From: Chiloscyllium plagiosum
Taxonomy: Eukaryota
DNA: 45,397 bases
Direction: 5' to 3'
NCBI RefSeq assembly: GCF_004010195.1
Contig: NC_057718.1
Span: forward strand, 44,485,341-44,530,737
Positions 1 to 12,155 of the stretch are shown here, piece by piece; position 1 is the first letter of the stretch, and the number at the start of each line of letters is the position of its first letter. The position numbers and the translations under genes are program-made. The notes beneath the pieces were generated by a model that made no database searches, had not been told where the DNA came from, and worked only from the letters and a program-made list of their open reading frames with translations.

Positions 1-390
1 TATAGAAGCAAGCCATTCAGCTCATTAAATTTGCATTGTCTCCCTGCAGAGCAATCCAATTAGTTCCAATCCCCCATGATCCCTGTGGGCCTCTGAAAGA
101 GTAAGAAAGAAATAAAGAAAATAGGGCAAAGAAAATCTTTAAATTAAACTTTCACAAAGTAGTAAAGTGTTTGACAGACACATAAATAACAAAATAAAAG
201 TCAGTTTAGAATAAAGCAGCTGCTTTGCTTTCCTGCAGATATACTCCTCTGTATCTTTCCCACTAGTGGGTGGCTGTTGTATACATCCAGTAGTTTTGAT
301 AAATGTCTATGAAATGTTATTATTTGATTAGAAACTTGGGTTCTAAAGTGGAAAGAACCATCTTATAGCCCTTTTTGTATTGTATTTAAA

Positions 391-608
391 CTCAGAAGTC
401 ACACAACACCAAGTTATAGTCAAACAGGTTTATTTGAAAGGACAAGCTTTTGGAGCTTTACTTCTTTGTTCGGTGATGTGAATCCCCTGATGAAGGAGCA
501 GCGCTCCAAATGCTTGTCCTTTCAAATAAACCTGTTGGACTATAACCAGGTGTTATGTGACTTCTGACTTTGTCCACCCCAGACCATCACCAGCACCTCC
601 ACATCAGG
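391..608. mobile_element. Fold-back PLE-tail element (inverted arms, decayed hammerhead motif)
   Basis: Arm 392-456 (tcagaagtcacacaacacc...ttttggagc) is the reverse complement of 503-567. Decayed CTGATGA-A-GGAGC/GCTCC core at 487-516. Flanks attgtatttaaa (379-390) and attgcatttaga (609-620) resemble a decayed TSD. Confidence 0.7.
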
Positions 609-1683
609 ATTGCATTTAGATATTGTTAATCTTAAGATGGGGAAGATGTAGGCCTTGTCAGTAAGCTTTTTGGAGGGTTTCTTACTGAATTGTATATTGA
701 GATTTCTTGCCATAGTTTACCAAACTCAGCTCATTAACTACAGACCCCATCTCTGTGGTGCCCTTCCCAGTTATTTCTAGTTTTATCTTATCATGCACAG
801 TTCTTCAAACAACTTGCCATTCACTGGATATGTGTCAAAAGACCAACAACATTAGTGCTTACACCATCTTGGAAAGGCCACTGCACCCAGAAACACTTTA
901 GTAATCTGGCATTGCCTCACCAACAACCGAATGGCACAGCAACCACAAAGCCATGATGTTCACAGCACAAAGCCGTCATGGCTGACACTCCAACACATAT
1001 ACAACCCCATTCTCTCATTCTAGTTACTGTTTAACTATCACTCCACACAGTCTAGAAATCCTTAGTTGTATTTTACCTTTCTATGTCATCTTTACTGTTT
1101 CTCCAATGCCTCCTGCAAACCTGCATCTTATCATTGCCAGTAGGGGACATCACACATACAGGCAAGCAATCTGACAGCTATAAACATGAAATTTTATTTA
1201 AGTCACCAAGCAAACACATACAACATGAGTAGAGGTTGAAGTTTGCCCGCAAAATGCAAACCAAATGCTCGCATGATGATCATTGGCAATTCTATATTCC
1301 ATGAAAGTCTACTGCATCCAGTTCCCATCTACTGGAACCAGATATCAATCAGATCCTGTGTGGCTTGTTGAACTCAACACAGTTGAGTTTTGTCATGGAT
1401 CAGGAGAGGTTCCTCCTCCACAATGGCCTCCTCCTTAGAAAACTGCTTGCACTCCCCAATTCCTCAGCATCTATCCTACCATTTTGTCACCTGCTGCAAT
1501 TGTGCAAAGCACAGCATGACAGGATGGTGTATGTCCAGATGGTCCTGGATTGACCCCTACTGACTAATCCAACCAGTGGAACTACATTCTCAATATTCCT
1601 ACTGTCTGCTCCACCACAGCCCTGATCGAAATTTTAGCCATATTCTATCTGCCTAACTGGCTATCCTTTTCCAGCCCCAAACC

Positions 1684-1724
1684 CTTCAACTCTGATCTCC
1701 AGCATCTGATGTCCTCACTTTCTC
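1684..1724 (+). mobile_element. Short PLE-tail fragment inserted in the Harbinger remnant
   Basis: ctctgatctccagcatctg..gtcctcactttctcc matches the PLE 3' tails at 8267-8301 and 21160-21190. Confidence 0.6.
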
Positions 1725-2070
1725 CATATTGTATCTGCGCTCTGTTTCAGTTAGGAGGCTGCTCAATCGTTTCATGAGCCAATTTTTCAATGGGTGGCCC
1801 TCATCCCCCAATAAACCTGTCTGCCAATAACCTGAAGGAGGCTCCTGACCAGTCAAACACACTAGGTACATAAGAGTGGTCCAGGATGTGGGGATTGTGG
1901 TGGTTGCTAGGATATAGAGCTCTCATTCCAGGAAGTTGTTACAGTGATCACAGAATACCTGGACATTAATGAAACAGAGCCTTTCCTATTGATGAATTCT
2001 GTAGCGTTGTGATGCAGCCCTTTCAGTCCCAAATGTGTGCAGTCGATGGCACTCTGCACCTGGGGAAAAC

Positions 2071-2371
2071 TAGTCCAAAACTGGAGGGCATAGGTTTAAG
2101 GTGACAGGAGAAAGATATAAAAAGGACCTGAGCGGTAACTTTCTCACACAGAGGGTGGTGCATGTATGAATGAGCTGCTAAAGGAGGAGGTGGAGGTGAG
2201 TACAATTACAACATTTAAAAGGCATTTGGACAGGTATATGAATTGGAAGGATTTAAAGGGATATTGACCAACTGCTGGCAAATGGGACTAGGTCAGGTTG
2301 GGATGTCTGGTCACCATGGACGAGTTGGACCGACAGGTCTGTTTTCATGCTGTAAGACTCTGTGACTCTAT
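2071..2371 (+). mobile_element. CR1 LINE 3' fragment inserted in the Harbinger transposase
   Basis: actggagggcataggtttaaggtg...ttcacacagagggtggtg CR1 C-terminal pattern (TRGH..K..FFTQRVV..WN.L), then the 3' UTR ending gactctgtgactctat. Confidence 0.85.
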
Positions 2372-4380
2372 TTCCAAATTCTGTTGCCTGGGGTGCAGCA
2401 CCATCCTCACCTTCAGGAAACAGAACAAACTGGTGTGACCTTAGATATGCAGAATCAGTCACTATCCTGATGCATTTGTGGATGCACGACTGAGAGATCC
2501 CACACATGTCACCCATTGCTCTCTGGAAGGAGCCAGCTGCGAAGAAGCTATCACCTTCACCAGCAACAGAATGGGATGTCCTCCCACTCCCACACCAGTA
2601 GTCGACATATTCCCATCACAATGTCCCGTGAAAAAAAGAGCCTGCACTGATACTGAGCCTCTCTCATCCCAGAAAATTGATTCAACCTCTGGTCCTCCCA
2701 TAGACATGATGCATCCTGATAGGCTTGTGGCAGAGATGTCTGCCTCAGAGGGGTGCTCCTCAGCCTCCCCAGTGGCCTGTTGCTGTTCTCTGGCTTGCTG
2801 TCAACCTTGATTCTCCTGCATTCATCTTTACCTTCTTTGGTAGATGTTACCACAGTGAGCAACATTTCACCAGTGACTGGGTATGTCACTCTTGGTGGAA
2901 GTGACCTATATTGGAAATATAAGAAGCAAAACAGATTCTTAGTTCTGAGAATGATCAGTGGTAGCATGACTTGCAAATGAGGGCTGCACACATTCCTCCA
3001 CACAGTAAGACATATGGAGTCCTAATAATGAGGGCCATGTCTCCATCATTCATTCAGCTTCATCCTCAGCTTGTAGACCAACCTGGTAAAAGTGCCTCAC
3101 ATCTGAGTGAACTACACATTATACCAAAAGAGCTAAGCTGCTGTGCTCCAATCATCTCCATCCCAACCCCACATCAACCATTAAACTTCTCATTATATTA
3201 AATGAAGTCCATCACAGTACTTCCAAGACATGATGAAGTGATTGTCTTTGCTCCCAGAGCACGCTCTTTTTAAGGTGTTTCCATTAGGGTCTCAATCATT
3301 TAGATGTCGATATTCAATTTGCAAGTACTAACGGCATGATGCAAATCATCTTTGAACCATCAGCCCATTCATACTGCCTGCATTGCAAATGGACATTGAA
3401 ATCTTTGCAAATTAAATGAAGCCAGAGTTTGCAAAAGTTTGCTTTAAGTATTTGCCACTTCAACGCTGTAGCAGTCAGCAGATTCAGTGTAGATCCTACA
3501 CTATCGCCCATCAAACTGACACTGACTCCATCCACGTTAGAATTTTTCCCAGCCATTTCTGAGTTGTAGCTATCATGTACTGAACAATAAACAATTGTAG
3601 GGTACACTGCTCATGCAGGACACCAGGTAACCACCTCCAAAACTTCCATGTCCCCATTTACCTTGCAGTTCTACTAACATTTCCACCCGTTTCCTCATGT
3701 AGAGACTCACTGCTTTGAACTTTAACTCTAATTGTCTTTTCTATCCCAGAGTCTTGACATCACACCTCAATGATTCCCATATTTGCCCTCTATGCTCCCT
3801 CTGTGGATGCCAATGTGGTGAGCACTGCCAATAACACCCTCTCCCATAGCCTACATGCTTCTAGTGCAGTTCTGCATACTCCCTTATACCTTGAGAATTC
3901 CCCCTGAATCAGACTTATATCCACCTTAGCACATGTCTCTGCTTCACCCCCACCCCAAAACTTGTTACCCTGCCCCCTTTTATCAATGAGCACCCCATTC
4001 ACTCATAAAACCTCCATTACAATCCCTCAATGATCAATGCATGATCCTCAAAGACTGTATTCACTCCAGACCTCTGACTAAATTTGATGAGATGCCCCTA
4101 GACATGACTGAACCCTGACCAATGTCATTGCGGTTCCCTGATTGACCCTAAATAATTCCCTGACTGCTTCTGATGGCCCTATGTTATTGACTGTGGACTA
4201 TGCCAGATTGTAGTTGAACACCTGACTGTGATCTGCCTGCACAAACAACTGACTATAGATTGGGTGCAGATTTTTCCCATCACTGACAGAAATGGGTAAT
4301 CATACCTGACAGTGGACCTTCTTGATTGGACTGAGGTCTAGATCTATCCAATGCAGTGAGTTTGCCACACTGACAGTTAG

Positions 4381-5291
4381 CACATGCTGGACTCTCAAAG
4401 TCATTTGGCAGAATGCCTCATCACCAGAACTTTCCAACAAGCACCAAGACGTGGCTTGGCTGGTGGTGAGAAGGGCTCTGCCTGTGAGATCCTTTATGCA
4501 CGCCCGGACTCTCTCCTGCACCGCACGCTGTCCGCGAAGCGGCTGCGGGAGGGATGAGACTGTCACACACCTCCTTCTGGAATGTATTATGCAGAAGAAG
4601 TCTGGAGAGGAATGCAGTGGTGTTTGTCGAGGTTTGTCCCGAGCAGTGCCATGATGCAGGACTCTGTGCTCTACAGTCTGTTCCCCGCGACGCACAATGA
4701 GATGAACATCAACTGTGCCTGGAGGATCATCAACTCAGTCAAAGATGCTCTTTGGTCTGTCTGAAACCTGTTGATCTTCCAGCTGAAGGAGCTGACCCCA
4801 ACTGAGTGGTGCAGTTTGGCACAAAGTCCAGGACTACATGTGAAGGAACGCGCTGAAGCTTGGGGCAGCTGCCACCAAGGCGCGGTGGGGAAAGACCACC
4901 GTATAAGGTCTGTCTGCCAAAGAAGAACAGGGGGCCCACTCAGTAATCCTGACCCCAACTGAGTGGTGCAGTTTGGCACATTCCAAAGTCCAGGACTACA
5001 TGTGAAGGAATGCGCTGAAGCTTGGGGCAGCTGCCACCAAGGCGCGGTGGGGAAAGACCACCGTATAAGGTCTGTCTGCCAAAGAAGAACAGGGGGCCCA
5101 CTCAGTAATCAGGCTCCGCTGAAGCCTTAGCTAAATATATGGATGGTAAACGTACAGACCTGTATATACGAATGATTAATTCCGATCTCTGTATGTAAAG
5201 AAATGCAAGGTGCGCCTATGAATGGTGCCATCAATTGTACAGATCATCAAAATATTTTATGAATAATGTATATTTTTGAAATTAAAAAAAA
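4381..5291 (+). mobile_element. Tx1-clade non-LTR retrotransposon, 5'-truncated 3' end
   Basis: KVIWQNASSPELSNKHQDVAWLVVRRALPVRSF...CPRSGCG.DETVTHLLLEC (CCHC zinc-binding C-terminus), continuing after a frameshift as WRIINSVKDALW. 3' UTR ends in an A-tract at 5285-5291. Possible TSD agttag (4375-4380 / 5291-5296). Confidence 0.8.
4792..5110 (+). repeat. Tandem duplication (157 + 162 bp) within the Tx1 element
   Basis: ctgaccccaactgagtgg...cccactcagtaatc at 4792-4948 and 4949-5110. Near identical except a 5-bp ttcca indel and one C/T substitution. Confidence 0.95.
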
Positions 5292-6779
5292 GTTAGTTTA
5301 ATGTCTTAGTGTTTGTATCACATGATCCCCCACCACACCATCACTAATCACAGACAGACTCCTCCTGACAAGAATGACAAGTAGCCTGTCAGTGTATCTC
5401 ACAAAACAGCACATCAAAACACAGTACTGATAGTTCATTTAGCCAGAGCCTAAAAGCTAAGAGGCATGGTATAAGTAAGGCATAGTAGGTATTAAATGAG
5501 TGAGTGCTAAAAAACAAAGAGAGTAGCTCTAAGATGCAGCTTAATCAAATATATGAGCTAGGTGCTTGCCTCTGCATGCAAAGTGTCCTTGCAACAGCCT
5601 TTCAATGCTATTTACTGGTGTACCCTGCAATTTGGCTTGTGCTTCCTAAGCATCCTATAAATAGATTGGAAAAGTGTCTTGAGTATCATGAGGGGATCAA
5701 CAAATGCCCCTGGATGAGGTGTGCATCCTGCTGGTGCCCATAGATCATGACCTGAAATGTTGTTTGATGCTGAGCAATGTGTAGTCTCCTTGCAACCAGT
5801 GATAAATTGAAATATCTCTGACTTCCATATCGAGAGTTCTCAATCTCCAACTTTTTTGTGGCGAGTTCAGTAAAATAGGAAGCTATATACTAATACTGTG
5901 AGCTGTGTAGTTTGTAGGATCATTATCAAGCAATAAGCTGTCTTAATGGGCAACTCCCTCGTGAGAATCTTACATTGATGCCAGACTCTGTTAAAAGATG
6001 CAGGGAGTTTTTCCTGATGTTGAGATGGACCTCACTGGAGGTGAGTCTCCAAAGCGGTCAGAACAGGGGAAAATAAGTCCTGAGTGACTTAGAAGTTAAG
6101 AAACGAAAAACTCCAGAAATAGAAACTTTTAATGTTTAATAGAGGGAGACATTCTCCAAGGCTGTTGAATGCATGAATTTAAGAATTTATGCTAAAGAGG
6201 AAGTGAGTTGTGTTAGTAATTTTTTTAAGGGTCTCGTTTAGAAACATTGACATGAAATCAAGTGAATGCAATAGTTTTGCAGAATAAAACCATGGCAACT
6301 GAACAGGGAGGTTTAAAGTAGGTACCTGATGACTCTTCATTGAGGTTTGAGAATTGTAAGGTTATTGTTGAGGGTAAAAGAGTTAAATCTTAATTTGTAA
6401 CAAGACCATTTCACATACATCCTATATGATGTAAATTAGCTTGTGTTTTTTCTCTTCTGTAATAAACTTTAATGATCGTTTGTTAAAAGTGCATTGACAG
6501 CCCCTTGTGAATTATATTCAGTGACTAATAACAACAGTGCGCATAATACTAAAATAAAATGTCATTGATCAATCCAGGTTTCACATTGAACTCTTACAAG
6601 TCCAGAATGATTACCAATAGCATAGTCTATTGAGAGCTCTGTTGCCCCTTAGATCTAATTGAGTAGATTCTGTCCTTGACATCTCTAGGTTATCGTCTCT
6701 TGCCAACAATCAATAATGGCATTCCTACTTTCTTTTGTTCCAACTACTTTCCGAATGTCTTGCAGCTTTGTTTGCACAG

Positions 6780-7525
6780 CAGGTTGTAAATTTGCTCATT
6801 GAAGTGGTAGATTAGTTCACAGACATTTCATCACCATGCTAGGTAACGTCATCAGTGAGCCTTCAGTGAAATCAAGTGAAATAGCCCTGCTTGCTATTTG
6901 TCTGTCTCGGTTTGTTGTGGTAGGTGATGTCATTTTCAGTTCTGTTTCTGAGAAGTTGGTAAATGGGGTCCAAATCAATGTGTTTGTTAATGGAGTTCCA
7001 GTTTGACTGCCAGGCCTCTGGGAATTCCCGTGCGTGTCTTTGTTTGCCTGTCCCAGGATGAATATATTGTCCCGGTCGAACTGGTATCCCTCTTCGTCTG
7101 TGTGTATGGATCCCAGTGATAGTTGGTCATGCTTTTAGTGGCTAGTTGGTGCTCATGTATCCTAATGACTAGCTTCTTGCTCGTTTGTACAATGTAAAGT
7201 TTGTTGCTGTCCTTGCAGGGTATTTTATGTATGATGTTCGTTCTGCTGATTGTTGGTATGGGGTCCTTTAAATTCATCAGGAGTTGTTTCAGTGTGGTGG
7301 TAGGCTTGTGGACTATCACGATGCCTAGGACTGGAGTAGTCTCCGAGATGTCTTTGATGTATGGCAGGGTGGCTAGACTATCTGGGCGTGTTGCGTCTTC
7401 TTGTTTAGTTCTGTTGCACAGGAATCGGCAGACCACACTTATTGGGTACCCGTTGTTCCTGAATACGAAGTGTAGGTGTTTTTCCTCGGGTTCTCATAGT
7501 TCCTGGGTGCTGCAGTGTGTTGTGG
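6780..7525 (-). mobile_element. Poseidon-type Penelope-like element, inverted arm
   Basis: ORF 6987-7436(-): TLPYIKDISE...HKPTTTLKQLLMNLKDP...IPCKD...LYIVQT...RIHEHQ (decayed GIY-YIG region). Hammerhead-like motif at 6822-6855(-). Confidence 0.85.
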
Positions 7526-7888
7526 AAACCCACAAACATACAAACAATATCCTTACCAGTATAAAGTTCACCAAAGAGGAAGAGAACAATAACATACTCC
7601 TCTTCCTAGATGTCACAGTAGAACAAAAAGCTAATGGAGACCAGCATCTACAGGAAAGTCACACATACTGTCCAGATAGTCAACTACAGGAGCAATCATC
7701 CCAAAACCTACAAACAGAGCTGCATCAGGACATTATTTAAATGAGCCACAAACACACTGCAGCACCCTGGAACTACGAGAAGCCGAGAAAAAACACCTGG
7801 ACAACGGATACCTGAAAAACGCAGTTCACCAATTCCTGTACAGCACTCCAAAACAAGAAGACACAACACGCCCAGAGATTCTAGCCAC

Positions 7889-8300
7889 ACACACATAATT
7901 TACTGCATCCGCTGCACCTGATGTAGCCTCCTATACATTGGGGAGACAGGCCACCTACTTTCGGAACGTTTCAGAGAACACCTCTGGGACACCCGCACCA
8001 ACCAACCCAATCATCCTGTGGCTGAACACTTTAACTCCCTCTCCCACTCCACCAAGGACATGCAGGTCCTTGGCCTCCTCCATCGCCAGACCTATGGCAA
8101 CACGACACCTGGAGGAAGAGCGCCTCATCTTCCGCCTAGGAACCGTCCAACCACAAGGGATGAATGCAGATTTTTCCTGAAGAAGGGCTTATGCCCGAAA
8201 CGTCGATTCTCCTGTTCCTTTGATGCTGCCTGACCTGCTGCACTTTTCCAGCAACACATTTTTAAGCTCTGATCTCCAGCAACTGCAGTCCTCACTTTCT
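7889..8300 (+). mobile_element. Neptune-type PLE fragment with hammerhead, nested in the Poseidon-type PLE
   Basis: YCIRC..C.LLYIGET, VAEHFNS..HSTKDMQVLGL, EEERLIFRLGT.QPQGMN. 18-bp TSD cccagaga(t/c)tctagccac at 7871-7888 / 8301-8318. Confidence 0.9.
8177..8204 (+). ncRNA. Minimal type I hammerhead ribozyme motif
   Basis: CTGAAGA-A-GGGC(TTAT)GCCC-GAAAC-GTC: intact core, 4-bp stem II, palindromic ACGT stem III, GUC cleavage triplet. Confidence 0.8.
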
Positions 8301-8934
8301 CCCAGAGACTCTAGCCACCCTACCATACATCAAAGATATTTTGGAGAGGATGGCGAGACAACTCCAGCCCCTTGGCATCATGGTAGGCCACACTGAAACA
8401 GCTCCTGATGAATTTAAAGGATCCCGTACCAATCAGCAGAACGAATGTCATATACAAAATGTCTGCAAAGACTACAACAAACATTGCATTGGACAAACGA
8501 GCAGGAAACTACCACCAGGATATATGAGCACCAACTAGCCACTAAAAGACATGACCAACTATCACTGGGATCCGTACACACAGATGAAGAGGGATACCAG
8601 TTCAACTGGGACAATACATCAGTCCTGGGACAGACTAAACAAAGACATGTACGGGAATTCCTAGAGGCCTGGCATTCAAACCGGAACTCCATTAACAAAC
8701 ATATAAATTTGGATCCCATTTAACAATTTCTCAGAAACAGAATCGGAAATGATATCACCTACCACAACAAACCAAAACAGATAGATAAATAGCAAGCAGG
8801 GCAGAATACCAACACTTCACCAGAGGCTCGCTGATGGTGTTACCTAGCATGGTGACAAAACATCTGAGAACAAATCTACCAGTTCAGTGAGCAAATTTAC
8901 AACCTGAGCTATAAATCCTTTCCAAAATCTCATG

Positions 8935-9720
8935 TTTCCACAATGGCTATCATGTCATACTCTCCAAATTAATTTTTCACTTGTAATTCATTCAATTTTT
9001 CCTTACATTCTGTGCATTTGTGTAAAGGATGCTTATTTAGGCTGCATATTTATTCTCTCCTGCTGCTGTAATCTTTCACTCACACATTTTCTATTTCTGC
9101 TTCCCCTTTGAATTAATTATATCTTTTAATTTCCTTTGACATGCAATAACTAAAGCACATACATTTGATCTGTTACTCTATTCTTTTCCAAGTTGTTTGT
9201 TTTGGAACTATTATCTGTATAGCTTTACATTTACAATTCAACAACACCCTTCCCCCATCCTGTTTTGCTGGTTTGCAACCACCCTAGTTATCCTTTCTAC
9301 TAGCATCCTGGTCTCAGCCTAGCTTGAGTAGAGCATATACTATTTGAAGGCTTTCACTCTTTCATCTATATGTTTAGTTCCCCATTCTGTTGCCCCCATG
9401 CCAGTTTCCACATGGCTTGGGTAATAATCCAGAGTTAGGCTCTTCCCCATTCCTTTCCAATGTTTTTTCAAACATATTCAAGATGTCCTTCAGTCTAGCA
9501 CAAGTAGGCAACAAACTATGTGGGATTCTGAACCCAGCATACAAATGATACTATTTGTCTCCATAATTATTGACTCTGCCTACAACTCCCTTCTTTCCTC
9601 CTTCCTTTGGACAGCTTCCTAACTCAAGTATATATCTTGGCTACCCTCCAGCCAGCTGTCAAACTCCCACACCCTGCAGCCAGAAATTCCTCCTTCTACT
9701 ATCTTGAATCCTCATTTGCA
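8935..9720 (-). mobile_element. Old CR1 5' region (endonuclease N-terminus and upstream sequence)
   Basis: Minus strand 8945-9035 reads approximately LYTNAQNV.K.LNELQ..I....YDMIA with frameshifts, matching the APE start YTNARS..NK..EL. Appears to continue at 6620-6775 beyond the PLE. Confidence 0.55.
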
Positions 9721-9920
9721 TCAATTCCTTGACTTCAGCTCTCTCTTATAAATGATCTCAGTTCTGCAGTCATTCCATCCTCCCAGCTCTGCACTGTATC
9801 AATTGTTGTTTACATCATTGTGCCTCATCCCCAAGTTATCTCTGAGTTCTCTGACATTGGTAACATCAGTCAAGCAAACTGTTCAATTTTCCATTGCCCA
9901 GCAACAGTTTTTTTTTTCAT

Positions 9921-10161
9921 CAACCTGTTCAGATATATTATAGCACATTTCTGAAGCATGTGGGACTAACAACTGGGCCTTCTGCCTCAGAGAGAAGTTT
10001 GCTACCACTGTGCCACAACAGCCCATTATAGTTGAGCAAATAATTTTTCTAATCAACCTATTCAGAGATAGATATAATTACACAAGTCTGGAGAAGATGG
10101 AATTTGAATCCAGGCCTCCCAGTTCAGAGCAAGGACACTACCACTGCACCAGAAAGAACCC
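9921..10161 (-). repeat. Two tandem degenerate tRNA-like (Pol III A/B box) units
   Basis: Units 9921-10024 and 10054-10161 both begin caacct(g/a)ttcaga on the + strand. The minus strand has A boxes TGGCACAGTGG / TGGTGCAGTGG and a B-box-like GGATTCAAATTCC. Confidence 0.6.
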
Positions 10162-10598
10162 GTTTTACAAGAGGGCCCTTTATCATTCAGCAAAATAATG
10201 AGTCATTAATTGAGATCAGAGAAACATAGGAAATTGACAGTTAAATGTCATCAATTACATTAAAGCATTACAAGTATAAAATCTAATTGCTTTATCACAT
10301 TTCAGCTCAAATAAGCTTATGGATTATAAGGAAGACCATAAGTGATAAGAACAGGAGTAGGCCATTTGGCCCCTCAACCCTGCTCCACGATTCAATAGGA
10401 TCATGGCTGATCCAACATTCCTCATGTCCACTCTCCTGTGTTTTCCCCTTGATTCTTCTACTGATCAAAAATCAATCCAGCTCAGTGTAAAGTCATATAG
10501 GATATGTAAGGATGTATGCATTTGGATTCTGCCCCCACCACTGTCTTTGGTGAGGAGTTCCAAAGAGCTACAACCTTCTAAGAGAAAAAATTCATCCT

Positions 10599-11406
10599 TC
10601 AGCTGTAACCACAGAAGGTGTAGCACCTGCCCATTTACTTCCTCCCTCCTCGGTATCCAAAGATCCAAACACACCTTCCAGGTGAAGCAGCACTTTACCT
10701 GCACTTCACACAATCTAGCCTACTGCATTCACTGCTCACGATGTGGTCTCCTCTACATTGTGGAACCAAAGTGTAGACTGGGTGACTGCTTCACAGAACA
10801 CTTGCATTCTGTTCACAATAAAAGACGCTGAACCTCCGGTTGCCGGCCACTTCAACACGCCATCTTGTTCCCTGGCCAACATCTTTGTCTCAGGCTTGCT
10901 GCAGTGTTCCAGTGAATCTCAGAGCAAGCTGGAAGAACAGCACTTCATTTTCCACCTGGGGACCCCTCAGTTCTCCGGACTCAATATCGAGTTCAATAAC
11001 TTTAGGGTCTGAGCTCTCCCATATCCTTACCCCAAAGCCCACAACCAGGCCTTGTTATCACATAGTCTGCTATTCCGCACCATCCATTGTTAGCCACTAA
11101 CAGTCCCAAATAAGAGCTATTCATCCTCCTAGCCAGATCATTATCCACTCCTTTGTCTGTCTGACTGCTTTTCTCCCTCTTTGGGCTCTATTCTCACTTA
11201 CTGTTTACTCCTTAACACCTCCCCCCAAGCTATCTTCTGACAGAAACTGACATTTTCTTAGCTACCATCAGTTCTGAGAAAGGGTCACTCGACCCAAAAT
11301 GTTAACTCGGATTTCTCTCCACAGATGCTGCCAGACCTGCTGATTTTTTTCAGCAATTTTTATTTTTGTCTCTGATTGACAGCATCTGCAGCTCTTTTCT
11401 GATGTT
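10599..11406 (+). mobile_element. Neptune-type PLE fragment (GIY-YIG region plus tail)
   Basis: CNHRRCSTCPF...FTCTSHNLAYCIHCSRCGLLYI..., PVAGHFN, LEEQHFIFHLGT.Q..GLNIEF. 11-bp TSD aaattcatcct at 10588-10598 / 11407-11417. Decayed hammerhead at 11274-11303. Confidence 0.9.
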
Positions 11407-11488
11407 AAATTCATCCTCATCTCAGTCTTAAATTGGTGTCCCTTTTATGCTGAGACCATGACTTATGGTTTTTAGTCTGTCCCATGAG

Positions 11489-11653
11489 GGGATTAGAGTG
11501 GTGCTGGAAAAGCACAGTCTTATTCCTGATGAAGAGCTTTTGCCCGAAACGTCGATTTTCCTGCTCCTCGGATGCTGCCTGAACTGCTGTGCTTTTCAAG
11601 CACCACTCTAATCCAAACTCTGATTTTCAGCATCTGCAGTTCTCACTTTTGCC
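11489..11653 (+). mobile_element. Short hammerhead-bearing PLE-tail insertion with inverted 5' segment
   Basis: 12-bp TSD ctgtcccatgag at 11477-11488 / 11654-11665. 11490-11517 is the reverse complement of 11587-11614. Hammerhead core at 11526-11553. Confidence 0.9.
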
Positions 11654-12155
11654 CTGTCCCATGAGAGGATACAGTTTCTCAGCATTTACTCTTTAAAGTC
11701 TCTATATGTTTCAAAGAGATCACCTCTCATTCTTCTAAACTCCAATGAGTACAGTCATAACCTATTCAACTTTTGACCCCTAAGACAATCCCTCCGCACC
11801 AAGGATCATTCTAATGAATCTTCTCTGAACTATCTTCAAAGAAATGATATCTTACTTTAAATAAAGGGACCAAAACTGCTCACGGGACTCCAGTTGTAGT
11901 CTCACCAGCACCTTGTACAGTTGCAATAAGACTTCCCTACTCTTGTACTCCATCCACCTTTAAATAAGGGTCAACATTCCATTAGCCTTCCTAATAACAT
12001 GATGCATCTGTATGTTAACATTCAGCAGTTCATCTGCAAGTATCCCCAAATCCCTTGCTTTTGCAGCCTTCTGCAGTTTTTCTCTACTTAATAATACTCT
12101 CTTCTTTTGTTCTCCCTTCCAAAATGATCAAACTTCACATATTCCCATATTCTAG

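Larger units (their letters stand above)
1450..2830 (-). pseudogene. Decayed PIF/Harbinger (HARBI1-like DDE) transposase
   Basis: Minus-strand motifs in the expected order across frames: FAAGSFQRAMGDMCGISQSCIHKCIRIVTD (~2545-2455), FPQVQSAIDCTHI (~2069-2031), FINRKG..INVQV.CDH (~2000-1945), LLGDEGHPLKNWLM..TETERRYN (~1815-1725), CCALHN (1516-1499). Multiple stops, frameshifts and insertions. Confidence 0.85.
7526..8930 (+). mobile_element. Poseidon-type Penelope-like element, direct arm (interrupted by a Neptune-type insert)
   Basis: IKFTKEEENNN.L.FLDV (RT thumb region), CKDYNKHCIGQT, RIYEHQ...FNWDNTSVLGQ...REFLEAWHS (GIY-YIG). Sequence mirrors 6780-7525. Confidence 0.85.

Noticed and set aside
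6080..6620. Possible decayed LTR
   Set aside because: AATAAA is present, but no definable TG...CA termini or TSD.
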